Shown: in pieces, positions 31,306 to 42,419 of the stretch
How the letters are laid out: each line of letters starts with the position of its first letter
Numbering within the stretch: the first letter of the stretch is position 1
Origin: an uncultured candidate division Zixibacteria bacterium
GTDB lineage: Bacteria > Zixibacteria > MSB-5A5 > GN15 > FEB-12
Reading direction: 5' to 3'
DNA: 64,000 nucleotides
Assembly: GCA_963806185.1 (NCBI GenBank)
Contig: CAWDXE010000007.1
Location: 32,001 to 96,000, forward strand
The notes under the pieces: generated by a model
Database searches by the model: none
Told to the model about the DNA's origin: nothing
The model's input: the letters and a program-made list of their open reading frames with translations, nothing else
Position numbers and translations under genes: made by a program

Positions 31306-31773
31306 ATGAAGGGAAACGATCACATCATAGCCACCCTCAATATTCTGCTCGCCGAAGAACTGACGGCGATCAATCAGTATATGGTTCATTCGGAGATGTG
31401 TGCCAACTGGGGGTACGAGAAACTGCACAAGAACATCGAGAAACAGGCGATCGACGAAATGAAACATGCCGAAAAGCTGATCGGGCGGATAATCTTCCTG
31501 GAGGGGATGCCGATTGTCAGCAAGCTCAATCAGATCAAGATTGCGCCGGAGATTCCGCACCAGATGGAAGACAACCGGGCCGACGAGACCGGGGCGGTGA
31601 AATCGTACAACGCGGCAATCAAGCAGGCCATGGACCTCGGTGACAATGGAACGCGCGAGATGCTGGAGTCGATTCTGAAGGATGAGGAGCGGCATCTGGA
31701 CTGGCTGGAGGCGCAGGTTGATCAGATCAAGCAGATGGGATTGCAGAATTATCTGGTCGAGCAGTTGGGGTGA
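31306..31773 (+). CDS. bfr: Bacterioferritin
   Basis: MKG start, ELTAINQY, DEMKHA, DEERH. Confidence 0.95.
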   Translation: MKGNDHIIATLNILLAEELTAINQYMVHSEMCANWGYEKLHKNIEKQAIDEMKHAEKLIGRIIFLEGMPIVSKLNQIKIAPEIPHQMEDNRADETGAVKSYNAAIKQAMDLGDNGTREMLESILKDEERHLDWLEAQVDQIKQMGLQNYLVEQLG

Positions 31774-31831
31774 TGCGCACTTGCCATACCTGCGCACGCG
31801 GGTAGGTGATGGGTGATTGGACTGATCGACG

Positions 31832-32520
31832 CACTTCGACTTCGCTCAGTGCGACGGGATGTTAGGCTCCGTGCGACGGCTGGGCGATGAGCGTCTACGG
31901 TGACTCCAAGTCATACGAAAAAAGAGCGTCAGGATCACCCGCTCAGAAGCGGGGATCCTGACCTACGAGAGGAGTTGTGTCAGGCATGGGGGCCTGACAC
32001 CACGGTAATATATTCTCACTGACCCTCACCCCAACTGAGAGTGAGCAAGAGGCAGCTGCGATGATCCCGTAGGGCAAACCCCATTTTCCCTTTATCAAGG
32101 GGTTTGCCATCTCCTCCTTTCGACATTGCATCTGGCGGACCCCCTGATAATTTGAAAATGGGGTCCGCCCTACTTGTTCTACTGACCTACCAGCGAAGAC
32201 GCACCCTTTGACTTGCGCTCAGGGTGACGCAGCGCGACGTCGTTTGCTTTGAGTGATATCGATTGTTTGGATGACCATCAGAGAGAATTGACTGAAGGAT
32301 CGCCACGGCTCGAAACGAGCCTCGCGATGGCTTGGATGAAAGAACAGTGGACACTGAGATCCTGAATCATGAGAATGATTCAGGATGACGCAGAAAGGGA
32401 AGCGAGCTTCGCGATGACAGTGACGGACGATTAGTGCGACGAGGGAAGGGCGGGTGGAACGAGGCATTTGAGGTTGCTTCGTCCCCTTCGGCTCCGCTCA
32501 GGGTCCTCGCAATGAGTGGC
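31832..32520. repeat. Cluster of REP-like palindromes (GTAG- and CGTC/GTCA-tagged types)
   Basis: CTTCGACTTCGCTCAG, GATCCTGACCTAC, GGGGTCCGCCCTAC, GAGATCCTGAATC..GATTCAGGATGAC and CCTCGCAATGA units between convergent genes. Confidence 0.75.
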
Positions 32521-32565
32521 GTGACATGATCGGGGTCGGGGAAAACACTGGGACCACAAATGTAG

Positions 32566-32595
32566 AAACCGCCGGGCGAGGCCGTCCGGCGGTTT
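32566..32595. terminator. Hairpin terminator downstream of tRNA-Leu
   Basis: AAACCGCCGGGCG-AGGC-CGTCCGGCGGTTT. Confidence 0.7.
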
Positions 32596-32603
32596 GTTAT
32601 TTC

Positions 32604-32685
32604 TGCGGAAGGCGGGACTCGAACCCGCATGGATTGCTCCGCTACCCCCTCAAGATAGTGTGTCTACCAGTTCCACCACTTCCGC
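32604..32685 (-). tRNA. tRNA-Leu(GAG)
   Basis: GCGGAAGTGGTGGAACTGGTAGAC...CTATC-TT-GAG-GG-GGTAG...GGTTCGAGTCCCGCCTTCCGCA; conserved position after secG. Confidence 0.95.
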
Positions 32686-32745
32686 TAGTCATCTGCGCCG
32701 TTGGACTGACGAGGTGTCGATGGTCAGCCTTCGGAACAAACGGTC

Positions 32746-33144
32746 TTACTTCGTCGTGTCGATCGGCGTGGTCGAGGGTGCTGCCGGTTGAGCCGCGTCG
32801 GTCTTCTGCTGATCCGCCTGCTGCTGACGCTGCTGCTCTGCCTCCACCGCTCTCTGGGCTTGGCGTGTTACCGCCGAATCAGTGGCTGTCGTGCCGGTAG
32901 ACACGCCGCTCCGCTGCGCGGACATGTAGGCCAGAGCGCCGCAATTGAGGAAGAACACGACCGCAAGTATCGTGGTGGACTTGGAGAGGAAGGTCGCCGC
33001 ACCGCGGCCTCCAAAGACCGCTCCGGAAACGCCGCTCGAAAAGGCCGAGCCGGCCAGACCTTCGCCCTTTGATGACTGCATCAATACCACCAATACGAGA
33101 GCAATGCAGACGATCACATGAAAGATGACCCAAGAAACAAACAA
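32746..33144 (-). CDS. secG: Preprotein translocase subunit SecG
   Basis: LMQSSKGEGLAG...FGGRGAATFLSK; follows tpiA. Confidence 0.93.
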   Translation of the reverse strand: MFVSWVIFHVIVCIALVLVVLMQSSKGEGLAGSAFSSGVSGAVFGGRGAATFLSKSTTILAVVFFLNCGALAYMSAQRSGVSTGTTATDSAVTRQAQRAVEAEQQRQQQADQQKTDAAQPAAPSTTPIDTTK

Positions 33145-33158
33145 CTGGAAACCTCCAT

Positions 33159-33908
33159 CTATACCGAACCGAGTATTTTCAAAAAGTCCTCAGCCACCAG
33201 TGACGCACCGCCCACGAGGGCGCCGTCGATATTCGGCTGAGCCAGCAATCCCTTGGCGTTGTCGCCTTTCACCGAACCGCCGTACAGAAGCGGCACCTGG
33301 TCGGCGAGACTGCCGTGTGACTTCGTCACCAAATCTCTGATCAGCTTGTGAACTGCCTCGGCCTGTTCCGGTGTGGCGACACGTCCCGTGCCGATAGCCC
33401 AGACCGGTTCATAAGCGATTACGGTTTTGCGGAGATCATCGGCGGAGAATCCATCCAAGGATCCGCGAATCTGACTGGTGACCACCGTTTCCGTTTTCCC
33501 GGCCTCGCGTTCCTTCAGGGTCTCGCCGACGCAGATGATCGGTGTGAGCCCGAAGCGAAAGGCCGTCTTAGCCTTAGCATTTACCAGCTGATCCGTCTCA
33601 GCGTGGTACTGCCGCCGTTCAGAGTGGCCCAAGATAACGTAGGTCACCCCGACTGTCAAGAGCAGGGGGGCGGAGATGTCACCGGTAAAGGCGCCCTTCT
33701 CGTGCTCGGACATATCCTGAGCGCCCAAAGCTATCCGGCTATTGACCAAAAGCTTAGCGGCCGTGGGGAGAGAGATGTACGGCGGGCAGATGACGGCTGT
33801 CGCCTTGGGAGGAGCAGCCAGACCGGCGACAAGTCTGCCGATCAGCGTTTCCGTCTCGGCGGGAGTGCCGTTCATTTTCCAGTTGCCGGCAATAATCTTC
33901 TGGCGCAT
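33159..33908 (-). CDS. tpiA: Triosephosphate isomerase
   Basis: [28 protein letters not shown]. Confidence 0.97.
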   Translation of the reverse strand: MRQKIIAGNWKMNGTPAETETLIGRLVAGLAAPPKATAVICPPYISLPTAAKLLVNSRIALGAQDMSEHEKGAFTGDISAPLLLTVGVTYVILGHSERRQYHAETDQLVNAKAKTAFRFGLTPIICVGETLKEREAGKTETVVTSQIRGSLDGFSADDLRKTVIAYEPVWAIGTGRVATPEQAEAVHKLIRDLVTKSHGSLADQVPLLYGGSVKGDNAKGLLAQPNIDGALVGGASLVAEDFLKILGSV

Positions 33909-33909
33909 A

Positions 33910-35122
33910 TCAGACCTTTACCGCCGTATGGTCAGTGAGGGCCGCCACCCCCGGGAGGGTCTTGCCCTCGAGGAATTCAAGTGACGCGCCGCCGCCGGTA
34001 GAGATGTGGGTCAACTTGTTTTCCAGTCCAGCCTGCGCAACGGCGGCCGCGGAGTCACCGCCTCCGACAACCGTAACGGCGCCTTTGGCCGTGAGATCTG
34101 CCAGCAATTTGGCGATGGCCAGGGTGCCGTTCGCAAACGGCTTGTTTTCGAAGACGCCCATCGGGCCGTTCCAGACGATGGTGCCGGCGTTGGACAGCTC
34201 TTTCGAAAACAGTTTGATCGTATCGGGGCCGATGTCGAGTCCCTTCATTCCGTCTGGAATCTTGTCGATAGGCACGACCTTCGTTTGGGCCGTGTCGGAA
34301 ATCTCCGACGCGATGACAGCATCGGTGGGGAAGAAGATCTTGACGTTGGCCCGCTTGGCGGCGTCAATCGTCTGTTTGGCGAGCGCGACCTTATCTTCTT
34401 CGAGCAGAGAATCGCCGATGGGGTAGCCCATCGCCTTTGAGAAGGTGAAGACCATGCCGCCGCCGATGAAGAGCATGTCGACTTTGCTCAGCAGGTTCTG
34501 GATGACGTCGATCTTGCCGGAGATCTTCGCACCGCCGAGAATGGCGGCAAAGGGGCGCTTGGGGTCGCTGACGGCTTTGCCCAGGTAACGGAGTTCCTTT
34601 TCCATAAGGAATCCGGCGACCGACTGACTGAAATATTGCGTCACGCCCTCCGTTGAAGCGTGGGCGCGATGGGCCGAGCCGAAAGCGTCGTTGACGTAAA
34701 TATCCGCCAGCGAAGCCAGTTTCTTGGCGAACTCCGGGTCGTTCTTTTCTTCTTGCGGATGGAAGCGGAGGTTCTCCAAAAGGATACAGTCGCCGTTTTT
34801 CATCTTGTCGACGACGTTGGCCGCTTCCGGGCCGATGCAGTCTTCAGCAAACTGCACCGGTTTTTTCGAGCAGCTCGCCGAGGCGCTTGGCAACCGGGCG
34901 AAGCGAAAACGACGGATCCGGTCCGCTCTTGGGGCGGCCCAGGTGCGAGCAGGCGATCACTTTGCCGCCGTCATTCATGATCTTCTGAATGGTCGGCAAT
35001 GCCTCGCGGATACGGCGATCGTCGGTGATCTGTCCGCTCTTGTCGAGCGGGACGTTGAAGTCGACCCGGACGAGCACTTTGCGGCCGCGAAAGTTGATAT
35101 CAGCAACAGTGACTTTGTTCAT
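33910..35122 (-). CDS. pgk: Phosphoglycerate kinase (apparent +1 frameshift near 34865, probably assembly error)
   Basis: RVDFNVP and SHLGRP in 34844..35122; [21 protein letters not shown] in 33910..34893; break at an A6 run. Confidence 0.93.
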
Positions 35123-35134
35123 CTTGACCTCCCC

Positions 35135-36121
35135 TTAGAGCATCATGCGGAGCATGTCGACCATGCGGCAGGAAAAAGCCCATTCATTATCGTACCAAGC
35201 GAAGACTTTGACCAAATTGCCATGGACCGAAGTCATGCCGGCGTCAAAAACGGAACCGTGCGGATTGCCGACGATATCGATGGAGACGATCGGGTCTTCG
35301 GTATATTCCAGCGTCTGCGACAGCGGGCCACTGGTGGCGGCTTTCTTCATGGCGGCGTTGATTTGTTCGACGGTCGCTTCTTTTTCGAGAATGACGGCCA
35401 GGTCGACGAGTGAGGCATCCGGAGTGGGGACGCGGATGGCCAGACCGTTGAGTTTTCCCTTCATTTCGGGCAGTACTTCCGAGATCGCCTTCGCGGCGCC
35501 GGTAGTAGTGGGGACCATCGACATGGCGGCGGCACGGGCGCGTCGGAGATCTTTGTGCGGAGCATCCTGCAGCCGCTGGTCGGCGGTGTAGGCATGGATG
35601 GTGGTCATGAAACCCTTCTGGATGCCGAAGTTGTCGAGCAGTACTTTCACGACTGGAGCAAGGCAGTTGGTGGTACAGGAACCGATCGAGACGACGTCGT
35701 GTTTGGCTTTATCGTACTTATCGGAGTTGACGCCGAGGATGAAGGTGCCGTCGTGGCCCTTGGCCGGGGCGGAGATGAGTACTTTCTTCGCGCCGGCGGT
35801 AATATGCTTGGAGGCATCTTCCTTGGTCGTGAATTTGCCGGTGCATTCGAGAATGATATCGGCGCCGAGTTGTTTCCAAGGGAGTTTGGCCGGGTCCTTT
35901 TCGCAGAGCACCGGGATCGCTTTACCATCGACCACGAGATTGGTACCATCGACTTTCACTTCACCCGGATACCGACCGTGGATGGAGTCGTATTTCAGCA
36001 AATGGCCAAGTGTTTTGGCGTCGGTTATGTCGTTGATGCCGACTATTTCGATGTTTGTTCCGCGAGCGGCTTTGAGTACGAGACGCCCGATCCGTCCAAA
36101 ACCGTTGATTCCTACTTTCAT
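35135..36121 (-). CDS. gap: Glyceraldehyde-3-phosphate dehydrogenase type I
   Basis: GINGFGRIGR, SCTTNCLAP, WYDNE. Confidence 0.97.
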   Translation of the reverse strand: MKVGINGFGRIGRLVLKAARGTNIEIVGINDITDAKTLGHLLKYDSIHGRYPGEVKVDGTNLVVDGKAIPVLCEKDPAKLPWKQLGADIILECTGKFTTKEDASKHITAGAKKVLISAPAKGHDGTFILGVNSDKYDKAKHDVVSIGSCTTNCLAPVVKVLLDNFGIQKGFMTTIHAYTADQRLQDAPHKDLRRARAAAMSMVPTTTGAAKAISEVLPEMKGKLNGLAIRVPTPDASLVDLAVILEKEATVEQINAAMKKAATSGPLSQTLEYTEDPIVSIDIVGNPHGSVFDAGMTSVHGNLVKVFAWYDNEWAFSCRMVDMLRMML

Positions 36122-36846
36122 CTTCCTCTCCTTGATCTATCGTCGCTCTTCTTGAATGACGAAAACAGATATTTGACGCCGACGGTGATGGTCAGCGCGC
36201 TGTAATCCTTAATGTCAATAATGGGGTCCGAGAAATTCACGGGGAGATACTGACCGGCCACTTCCAGGCCGATCATGCTGGCGAGCGGGATGTCGACACC
36301 GCCGCCGAGGACGTAATTGAATTTCGTTTCGGATGATGTGTTAACGTAGCTGTAGTAGTAACTGGACTCATAGAACTGAATGTTATGCTTGGCATAGTAG
36401 AATCCGCCGCCGGCAGTGAAATACGGGAATACTGAGCCGAGGCCGCCGGCGATGGGATAGATTTTGGCCCGTATGGTCATCGGATAGATCAGGAGGCTGC
36501 CGTAGAAAACATCCGTGCCGTCGGCAATAGTGACATCGCCACGGTTTACGACGCCCAATGTGATCTCGCCCATCAGCATTCGGCTGAAGCGGTGTGCGTA
36601 GTATCCTTCGATGTAGAAACTACCGCCGTTGAAATCAGTCTCGACATAGGTATTGGGGTTCTCGATGATGGAGCGGGGGGATTCGCCGAGATTGGCCCAG
36701 CCGCCGATTCGAATGCCCGCCTGATGGCGTCGGGTGAACTGATAGTCATTTGACAAGGTGTCCTGGGCGAGTAACTGGCCGGACAGTGCGGCGAGGAGGG
36801 CGAAGGCTCCGACGAGGGTGGGTATCTTCAAACTAGACAAGAACAT
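36118..36846 (-). CDS. Outer-membrane beta-barrel protein (OmpW/OmpA-like)
   Basis: Signal peptide, PYFTAGGG, GGGVD, VGVKYLF. Confidence 0.75.
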   Translation of the reverse strand: MFLSSLKIPTLVGAFALLAALSGQLLAQDTLSNDYQFTRRHQAGIRIGGWANLGESPRSIIENPNTYVETDFNGGSFYIEGYYAHRFSRMLMGEITLGVVNRGDVTIADGTDVFYGSLLIYPMTIRAKIYPIAGGLGSVFPYFTAGGGFYYAKHNIQFYESSYYYSYVNTSSETKFNYVLGGGVDIPLASMIGLEVAGQYLPVNFSDPIIDIKDYSALTITVGVKYLFSSFKKSDDRSRRGR

Positions 36847-36919
36847 ACTCTCCTTATGCGCGCTGTCGAAGCAGCCGTTACAGATGAATGATCCCAAACT
36901 TTGTAACCCATGTCAAGTC

Positions 36920-38494
36920 TTACAGTTTTGTATCGGCAGGATAAAGGAAGAGTCGTTCATGAGAATAATCAAACAGGACCTTAAAACTCCGCAATACCTG
37001 ATTGCCGATGTTTCCTGCCAGGTCTGCTGAACCGGCCATTCCGCTCGTCGATTCGGTTGCCATGACCTGCACGCTCGTCAGGTGAATGGAATCACCGATG
37101 ACGAGTGAGTCGACGGTGAAGGACCTGGCGTTGAGTCCGCCGCCGATTCCGGATATAGTCGCGGGCACACGTTCGCGGTTGGGAATCGACTTCATTATCT
37201 CCGGTCTGGTCGAGAAGGCTTGGTGCAAGATTAGTCCAAAGGCATTACCCAGGTCGATGATGAAGTCGCCGGGCACGCCGTTGACACTGGCCTTGACCGT
37301 AGGCACCTGCAGCGTGAGTTGAAACGGTATTTCCGTTCCGCCGGCGGGAGGCACGAAGCTATCGGGATCAAAGACGACCAACGAAGAGTCGGGGTAGTCG
37401 ATCATGACGGGAAAACGGGAGAGGAAATCGTAGCCGAGCAGGCCGCCGAAGGGGATGCCCGAGGGGTCGTCGGAGCCGATCCCGCTCAAGTCCATTCGTC
37501 CGCCGATCTGATTGAACAGCCGCAGTTCGCCGATCGCGAGCGAATCGACGCGAATCAGGGCGACTTCCTTCCAGTCAGTCACGCCCTTGGCGTGCTGGGA
37601 AGCAACTTGAGGCAAGTTGAGGGTGGCGACGGCCGGATCGTGGAAGATATTGGACGAAGCTCCGGAGTCGAGGATGAGCACAAGCCGGGTGGAACCGTTC
37701 AGAGTGACGGGGACGTAAATCTGGCCGTTGCGGATCGTGAAGGGAATGCGCAAGCGGGATTGGCCATCGGGAAAGCGACAATCCTGCAGGGCTCTTCCCG
37801 GGCGACGAAAGAGAGCCGTGTCAACCGGCGTGTTAAACTGGGCCTGGGTGACCTGAAAAATGGAAGAGAGGGGCGCACCAACGGATACGGCGGTCGACCG
37901 GAATGGCATGAGCACACCCTGAACGGACCTGTAATCGTCAAGGGTCGTGGACACCTCGGTGTTGTCCAGGTGACCGATCACGGCGCGTCGCAGGCCGGTG
38001 GCGACGTCGAAATAGACACGCACGGTATCGCCGCCGGCGGGTGTGATGTCGATCATATGGCATGGCGAGCCCTGGTAGGTGGAATCACCCACAAAACGGA
38101 TCGAGCCGGGCATACGTTGCGGGAAGAGGTAGGCGTAGGATTCGAAGTATACCTGTTCGATCAAATTTTTCAGTTCGACGCCGTTGACGGAGGTCACGCT
38201 GCCGTTCTGATCGCGCTGCCAGTAGTCCCGGCCGTCGCAAGCCTGGGTGATCCTGAACGCGCCGAGGTCAATTTCGAGATAGAAATTCCACGGCGGGACG
38301 AATAACTCGGTGAAAGTACCGGGCGTGCCATTGATGGAGACCGTGCCTTCCGCCGTGTACGAGGTCATGACGCTAAGGCGCTCGTAGGCGGTCTGTCCGC
38401 CCACGGATTTGACGAGGAGGGAGTCGAGATCAAGGGCGTGTCCGGCAGTGATGAGGAGAAAGCTGAGGAGGAGCGTGTATGGGAGTGACCTCAT
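36920..38494 (-). CDS. Secreted double retropepsin-like aspartyl protease
   Basis: LILDSGAS, GLLGYDFL, FIIDLGN, GNIGN motifs. Confidence 0.8.
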   Translation of the reverse strand: MRSLPYTLLLSFLLITAGHALDLDSLLVKSVGGQTAYERLSVMTSYTAEGTVSINGTPGTFTELFVPPWNFYLEIDLGAFRITQACDGRDYWQRDQNGSVTSVNGVELKNLIEQVYFESYAYLFPQRMPGSIRFVGDSTYQGSPCHMIDITPAGGDTVRVYFDVATGLRRAVIGHLDNTEVSTTLDDYRSVQGVLMPFRSTAVSVGAPLSSIFQVTQAQFNTPVDTALFRRPGRALQDCRFPDGQSRLRIPFTIRNGQIYVPVTLNGSTRLVLILDSGASSNIFHDPAVATLNLPQVASQHAKGVTDWKEVALIRVDSLAIGELRLFNQIGGRMDLSGIGSDDPSGIPFGGLLGYDFLSRFPVMIDYPDSSLVVFDPDSFVPPAGGTEIPFQLTLQVPTVKASVNGVPGDFIIDLGNAFGLILHQAFSTRPEIMKSIPNRERVPATISGIGGGLNARSFTVDSLVIGDSIHLTSVQVMATESTSGMAGSADLAGNIGNQVLRSFKVLFDYSHERLFLYPADTKL

Positions 38495-38619
38495 ATACTT
38501 AGTATACACGGCAAGGAGGCGATTGTCGAGTAGTGACGGCGATCATTCGACAATTGGTACAATTGTAACGAAAGAGCTCAAACCATCGTCGCACAATCGC
38601 TACCGACAAATAGGTGGCG

Positions 38620-40023
38620 CTATTCCTTGATGCCCAGTCGATGCTTGCCGTTAATCTCCGGCGTTTTCAGCGGATATTTGCCTGAAAAGCAGCCGTGACA
38701 GAAGGTGGTGTTGGGCAGCGAGGGCATGGACAACATCCCCTCAAGCGACAAGTAGCGCAGAGAGTCAACGCCCAGATATTTCTCAATCTCCGGGACGCTC
38801 ATGTTGGCGGCGATCAATTCCTTCCGGGTGGGCATGTCGATGCCGAAGAAGCAGGGGGAGAGGATCGGCGGTGAGGTGATGCGCAGGTGAATTTCTTTGG
38901 CACCCGCCTCGCGCAGCATCTTGACCAGTTTCTTGGAGGTCGTGCCTCGGACGATGGAGTCATCGACGACGACGACGCGTTTGCCGTCGAGCACGCCCTT
39001 GACCGGGTTGAATTTCAGCTTCACGTCGAGATCACGAATCTTCTGATGCGGGTCGATAAATGTCCGTCCCACGTAATGGTTGCGAATCAAGCCGATTTCG
39101 AACCGGATGCCGGATTCCTCGGCGTACCCGAGGGTGGCCGTATTGGCGGAGTCGGGAATGCCGATGACGATGTCGGCGTCGACCGGGTGCTCGCGAGCCA
39201 GCAGCCGCCCGAGGCGGCGGCGGACCTTGTCGACGTTCTCGCCAAAGACTTTGGAATCAGGTCGCGAGAAGTAGATGTACTCAAAGATGCAGAACGCGTG
39301 CTTGGTCTTTTTCATCGGGAAGTGCGACTCCAGACCACGAGCGGTGATTTCGAGCACCTCACCAGGCTCGATGTCGCGGATATATTTCGCGCCGATGATA
39401 TCAAAAGCGCAGGTCTCGGAAGCCACGATATACGTATCGCCCAGCTTGCCCAGCGCCAGCGGGCGGAAACCAAACGTATCGCGGGCGGCGACAATGGAGT
39501 TCTCGGTCAGGAACAGGAGCGAGAAGGCGCCCTGGACGGTTTTGAGGGCGTCGCAGATCCGATCCATCTTGGTCTTTTTCTTCGACGTGGCCACGAGGTG
39601 GAGGATGATCTCGGTATCGGAAGTGGTCTGAAAGATCGAGCCCTTACCATCGAGTCTGTTTCGCAGTTCGACTGCATTGGTCAGGTTACCGTTATGAGCA
39701 ACGGCCAGATTGCTGGAGCGGTTGGTGATCAGGAAGGGCTGGATATTTATAAGTGACGAGGCGCCGGTGGTGCTGTAGCGGGTATGGCCGATGGCGATCT
39801 TGCCTACGAGTCGATCGACTTTCGACTGGTCGGCGAAGACTTCAGATACCTGCCCCATCCCTTTGTGCAGATGGAAAGCGCCGTCCTCGGAAGAAACGAT
39901 ACCGGCGGATTCCTGTCCACGGTGCTGCAGGGCGTAGAGGCCGAGGTAGGTCAATTCGGCTGCACGGGGTGAACCGAAGATGCCAAATACGCCACACTTA
40001 TCCCGAACCATTTCATCCAGCAT
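38620..40023 (-). CDS. purF: Amidophosphoribosyltransferase
   Basis: CGVFG, QHRGQ, HNGN, VDDSIVRGTT. Confidence 0.97.
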   Translation of the reverse strand: MLDEMVRDKCGVFGIFGSPRAAELTYLGLYALQHRGQESAGIVSSEDGAFHLHKGMGQVSEVFADQSKVDRLVGKIAIGHTRYSTTGASSLINIQPFLITNRSSNLAVAHNGNLTNAVELRNRLDGKGSIFQTTSDTEIILHLVATSKKKTKMDRICDALKTVQGAFSLLFLTENSIVAARDTFGFRPLALGKLGDTYIVASETCAFDIIGAKYIRDIEPGEVLEITARGLESHFPMKKTKHAFCIFEYIYFSRPDSKVFGENVDKVRRRLGRLLAREHPVDADIVIGIPDSANTATLGYAEESGIRFEIGLIRNHYVGRTFIDPHQKIRDLDVKLKFNPVKGVLDGKRVVVVDDSIVRGTTSKKLVKMLREAGAKEIHLRITSPPILSPCFFGIDMPTRKELIAANMSVPEIEKYLGVDSLRYLSLEGMLSMPSLPNTTFCHGCFSGKYPLKTPEINGKHRLGIKE

Positions 40024-40276
40024 GCTAAAGCGGGCCTCCAAGTCCCGAAAAGAGAACAACAAGGATACAGGCGGGTCGTTCCCTTGTCAACTGAATGTGC
40101 GGTTGTGAACCGGAGTGCAGGCAAAAGCGGGTTACGGGGGAGTGGGCAGGAAAAGCACAGCAAAAAGGGCTGGCTAAGTCGTTGGCGAGTGGGTATTTTC
40201 CGACGTACTCCAATTGTACTCGCGTCGGAAAGATACATTCAGATAGCGCATACTGTTTGCTTTAGTCGGATAAGGC

Positions 40277-41053
40277 ATGGCTGACCATCAAGATAATACC
40301 CACCGCGACCGGTTCGAAATCCTCCGCGCCCTGACTATAAGCGGCGTCCGCGGAGACGAGCTGAAGCAGACAGTTGCCACGGCGCTGGCGGAAGCCTCGG
40401 CGCTGGTCGGGCTGTCGGCGGCGGCCGTCTATCTCTGGAAAGAAGGATTCGAGATTTCGTTGTCGGTGACCCATGCGGTCGACGATGCTCACCGGAAGAC
40501 GCTGTTGTCCCTGGAAAAATCGCTTTTCGCCACGCTTCGCCACGAGCGGGGACTGACCTCGGCCTATCTGTCGTTCGGGGGCGATGCCCCGGCGCAATCG
40601 TTTACTTTGCCGCTACGACACGGCAAGACGATTTTCGGCGCCGTCATTGGCCTGCAGGACAGTGAGCATAAGCTCATCTCGGAAGATTACTTTCTGGAGG
40701 CATTCAGCGGCGCGGTGGCGTTGAATGTCATTGCCGACGGCCTGGTAAAGGAGAGCGGGATCTCGAAAGAGATGCTCGACAAAGAGCGGCTGAGTGCGAT
40801 CATCGAACTGGCCGTGACAGTGAATCATGAAATCAACAATCCGCTGACGGCTATACTCGGCAACGTCCAGTTGCTTCTGCTCAAGCGCGCCGATCTTGAT
40901 CCGGAGTTGCAGGCGAAGTTGAAGACGATCGAAGTATCGGCGATGCGCATTCGGGATGTCACCCAGAAATTGTTACGCCTCACCTCCGTCAAATCGAAAG
41001 AGTATGCTGAAGGGACGAGCATGCTTGATTTGGGCGACGGGGAAAGAGAGTAG
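40277..41053 (+). CDS. GAF-like plus HisKA (phospho-acceptor) protein lacking ATPase domain
   Basis: VNHEINNPL near the C-terminus, no N/G boxes. Confidence 0.75.
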   Translation: MADHQDNTHRDRFEILRALTISGVRGDELKQTVATALAEASALVGLSAAAVYLWKEGFEISLSVTHAVDDAHRKTLLSLEKSLFATLRHERGLTSAYLSFGGDAPAQSFTLPLRHGKTIFGAVIGLQDSEHKLISEDYFLEAFSGAVALNVIADGLVKESGISKEMLDKERLSAIIELAVTVNHEINNPLTAILGNVQLLLLKRADLDPELQAKLKTIEVSAMRIRDVTQKLLRLTSVKSKEYAEGTSMLDLGDGERE

Positions 41054-41196
41054 CAATTTGCCGGAGCGAGGCTCCCGCGGCATATAATCGGGCAATCTCA
41101 CATCACTCTTCAATACTGATCTGCTCATATCTTTGTCCCATACCAACACCTTAATAAGGTGTTGCACTTCGTTTGTGAACTCATGGCATCCAGGGG

Positions 41197-41590
41197 AGGG
41201 TAAAAACCCCCATCGGGCTTCGACTTCGCTCAGCCCGACGCTTCCGGCACCGCAATTGTGGCGCCATGATAGTCAATCGTCGAAGGACGAGAGGTATGAG
41301 GTTGCCACGGCGCGAAGCGCGCCTCGCAATGACAAGAGAGGGGGAGCGCTCCTCGCAATGAGTATGGTTATGTAGTCGGGGCACGATTGTCGTCGCCCTT
41401 CGTCTCCGCTCAGGGCGGCGGCTCGGAGGGGCATCAAGCACTAAGAGAGAAGATGGCAGAACCCTTGTTCAATGGAAGATGGGTTCTGCCCTACAGAAGA
41501 GTCCGACGATGTCAGGCTTCTTGTTCGAATGGATGGTGAAGCCTGACCAACAAGACTCATGGATTCCGGACCAGAGGTCCGGAATGACAC
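41197..41590. repeat. Cluster of REP-like palindromes
   Basis: CTTCGACTTCGCTCAG, GAGGTTGCCACG..CCTCGCAATGAC, GGGTTCTGCCCTAC, GGATTCCGGACCAGAGGTCCGGAATGAC. Confidence 0.75.
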
Positions 41591-41610
41591 ACGAATCGGC
41601 GACAACAACA

Positions 41611-42393
41611 TTACTTCTGCAATACCCAGGTTGCGACGGCCGACATGGCGTCGGGAAGCTGATTGGTAATGTCGGTGCCGTGACGGTCGCCTGCATATGT
41701 CAGCAGTTTGGCCGAGGGAACTAACTTGGCAATCGACGTGACCGAAGCGAAGGAATACTCATCCTTATCAGAGGCCACGAGCATTGTGTTTCCGTGGAAT
41801 GTTTTCAGCGCGTCAGTCGGTTTCAGGCCGCGGTATGCTTCGCCGGGTGATAAGAGCACGATCCTGGTCACGCCGGGGAGTTGTTGGGTCAAGAGGGCGG
41901 CAGTGTTGGCACCTATGGACGCTCCTATGACGCGGATATCGGTCGAGTCGATGTGACAGGCGGTGTCGTGAACTGCGGTCCGAATGATCGAGGCGACATC
42001 GATCGGGCATTTGACAAATTCCTCGACAGCCATACTCTCGGCCGACAACGTGGTGCTCCCTTTCTTAGTAGATTTGCCGTGTCCGCGCATATCGACAGCC
42101 AGGATATAGGGAACCGGTTGCTTGGCGAGCAGCGACTTTTCAATGAGAACCTGCACGAGATCGTCGTAGCTGGTGTGGTCGTTGCCGAGCATGGGGAGCA
42201 GGACGACGAGGGGTGCTTTCGGTTTGTCGGGGGTAAAGGTGAGCCAGCCGTGAATGACGAGAGCGTCAGAGGTCACGGCGGTGATCTCGGTGGTGAAGAG
42301 GCCGGGTTTCTGCGCAAAGGGGGCAGCGTTTGCCAACAGACAAATGAGAAGAAACACTCCGAGGAGTGCTGAGACGGGAGTTGATTTATTCAT
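41611..42393 (-). CDS. Secreted alpha/beta hydrolase
   Basis: DMRGHG, GASIGA nucleophile elbow, HG near the C-terminus. Confidence 0.85.
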   Translation of the reverse strand: MNKSTPVSALLGVFLLICLLANAAPFAQKPGLFTTEITAVTSDALVIHGWLTFTPDKPKAPLVVLLPMLGNDHTSYDDLVQVLIEKSLLAKQPVPYILAVDMRGHGKSTKKGSTTLSAESMAVEEFVKCPIDVASIIRTAVHDTACHIDSTDIRVIGASIGANTAALLTQQLPGVTRIVLLSPGEAYRGLKPTDALKTFHGNTMLVASDKDEYSFASVTSIAKLVPSAKLLTYAGDRHGTDITNQLPDAMSAVATWVLQK

Positions 42394-42419
42394 GACAGAC
42401 ATCCTTTGGTTATTAAACA

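Noticed and set aside
34844..34893. pgk pseudogene or programmed frameshift
   Set aside because: Core glycolytic gene otherwise intact; the break is at a homopolymer, and similar single-base indels occur near 570, 718, 55540 and 61522, pointing to assembly error.
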